Shown here: positions 62,601 through 64,000 of the stretch, one piece after another
Numbering within the stretch: the stretch's first letter is position 1
Layout of the letters: every line of letters starts with the position of its first letter
From: Camelus dromedarius
Taxonomy: Eukaryota
Direction: 5' to 3'
Assembly (NCBI RefSeq): GCF_036321535.1
Contig: NC_087436.1
Coordinates: 118,608,001 to 118,672,000 of the forward strand
DNA length: 64,000 nt
Translations under genes and position numbers: made by a program
Notes under the pieces: generated by a model
Told to the model about the DNA's origin: nothing
What the model saw: the letters and a program-made list of their open reading frames with translations, nothing else
Databases searched by the model: none

Positions 62601-63224
62601 ACTTTGTGACTGGGGGTTTTTCTACTTCGCCAGCCTCTTTGAGTGGTCGTTCCTGTCTGCCCCCCCCCCCATTCCCACCCCCACAGTCTCCATCTGCCAC
62701 CGCCGGGAACTTCCATGACCTCTCCTCTCCCAACACGCATCCATCACATCAGGCTACACTCCAATTCCTCGCTCATGTGACCAGAGTCCCTGAGGGCTGG
62801 CGCTGTCTCTCTCATCCCTGTGTCCCTAACACCAATACCCGGCCAGCCCGGACTCGCTAAATGTCTGCTGCTGGGATGGAGGGGGTGGGGGCTGTCTCAG
62901 GCAGGGCTGTTTCACCCTGTTCTGTCCTGCAGTGGCTTCTCCCTGCAGGGCTCAGGCGCTTGTGGGGCAGCAGCGAGGTCCTCTCCGGCCTGGACCCACA
63001 TGGAGGACCCATTCTCAAGGCAGGTGCTCCAGTAGCCCTTAAGTGGTCCCCCTTAAGACAGAAAAAAAGCCAAAAGGCTGGGATCCTGGTGGCAAGCCTG
63101 CAGTGGGGAGGGGCAGGAGGAGGGCGTCAGGGAAGGAGGAGACCAGAGAGCAAGGGGGAGCAGAGGAGGGAAGGGAGCCAGGGCCGCCTTCCCTCGGTCC
63201 CTCTAAAACTGGAGGAATGACGTC

Positions 63225-63430
63225 GTTGGTTTAGGGGTGGAAAGTGGACTCCAGAACCAGCGCCCTCGCCACCTGAGCCCCTGGACAATTTACTTATCAT
63301 CTCTGACTCAGTTTCTGCATCTGCAAGAAGGGATGATCAAAATACAGGGCCCCACTGGGTGCCCGTGAAGGTTAAATGACTAAATAAATAGTAATGAGTG
63401 CCCAGCACCTGGGGAGCCCACAGGAAGTGT
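63225..63430 (+). mobile_element. MIR SINE
   Basis: CTCTGACTCAGTTTCTGCATCTGCAA...GTGAAGGTTAAATGA. Confidence 0.6.
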
Positions 63431-64000
63431 CAGCAGCTCTTCTTCAAAATCATGAATCATTCAAACGCATTGATCTTTCACATGCCACCGCTGCCTTTAT
63501 GATCCTTCTGTCCAAATACCATCCATACAAAAATTTCTGCAAGTTTCCCTTTATGGGAAAGCTCAACACAGAATTGAGCTTTAAAAAAAATCAATCTCCA
63601 CTCCTCTACACAAGAACTTTCACGGTGTCTCATTTCCTGTAGAATCCCAGCTCCTTGGTCTGGCCTCTAATGTCCTCTGTGATCTGGCCCAGTCAGCTTT
63701 GCTCTGTGTCCTGCTGCTTCTCCGTGAGTCCTCATCCCAGCCGCACCAATCCCTGGCACATTCCTTGCCCATTTCTTAGCTTCAAGTCATCTGCCCCCAT
63801 CTCACCTACCCATCCTTATCCTCATCTCATACGTCATTTCTGCCCCCAGACCGGGAGGAGCAAGTCTTCCTTCCACATGTGGATCTGGGAGATTCCAGGG
63901 CCTGGGAACAGGATTACTTGTAAATAATAACAGTAGTAGTAATAGTAGTGAGGTGGGAAGCCCCATGAAAAAGACCGGCAGGACCCCCAGGCAGGGCCAC

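Noticed and set aside
31500..64000. Coding exons of C4orf50 or JAKMIP1
   Set aside because: No peptide in any frame that I recognise; their coding exons probably lie beyond the right edge.
1..64000. CRISPR arrays, rRNA/tRNA genes, prokaryotic defence systems
   Set aside because: The sequence is clearly eutherian; no regularly spaced repeat-spacer array or structural RNA gene was recognised.

Overview
This is mammalian (eutherian) genomic DNA carrying the 5' part of CRMP1 (collapsin response mediator protein 1 / DPYSL1) on the minus strand. Three coding exons can be read with exact splice boundaries: the long-isoform first exon (24703-24323, 127 codons, MADRRR...RDNGQ), the short-isoform first exon (20111-20073, MSYQGKKSIPHIT) and the shared 89-nt exon 2 (1511-1423, SDRLLIKGG...). 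The gene continues off the left edge. Both first exons sit in CpG islands. The remainder is intron and about 39 kb of upstream sequence filled with ancient MIR, L2, L1M, MaLR and hAT repeats, several solo ERV LTRs and microsatellites. Nearly all other ORFs in the track are spurious. I found no novel protein-coding system. The notable signals are regulatory or structural: a near-perfect intronic REST/RE1 site bracketed by a ~70-bp dispersed duplication, a second RE1 with a flipped half-site, a perfect five-unit heat-shock element, an RFX/MEF2/E-box enhancer candidate, a probable non-coding terminal exon with poly(A) signals from the upstream gene, and a forward-inverted-forward template-switch scar. 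Repeat content tentatively suggests a cetartiodactyl, possibly a camelid (inference). Repeat family names are recalled from consensus sequences and repeat boundaries are approximate.
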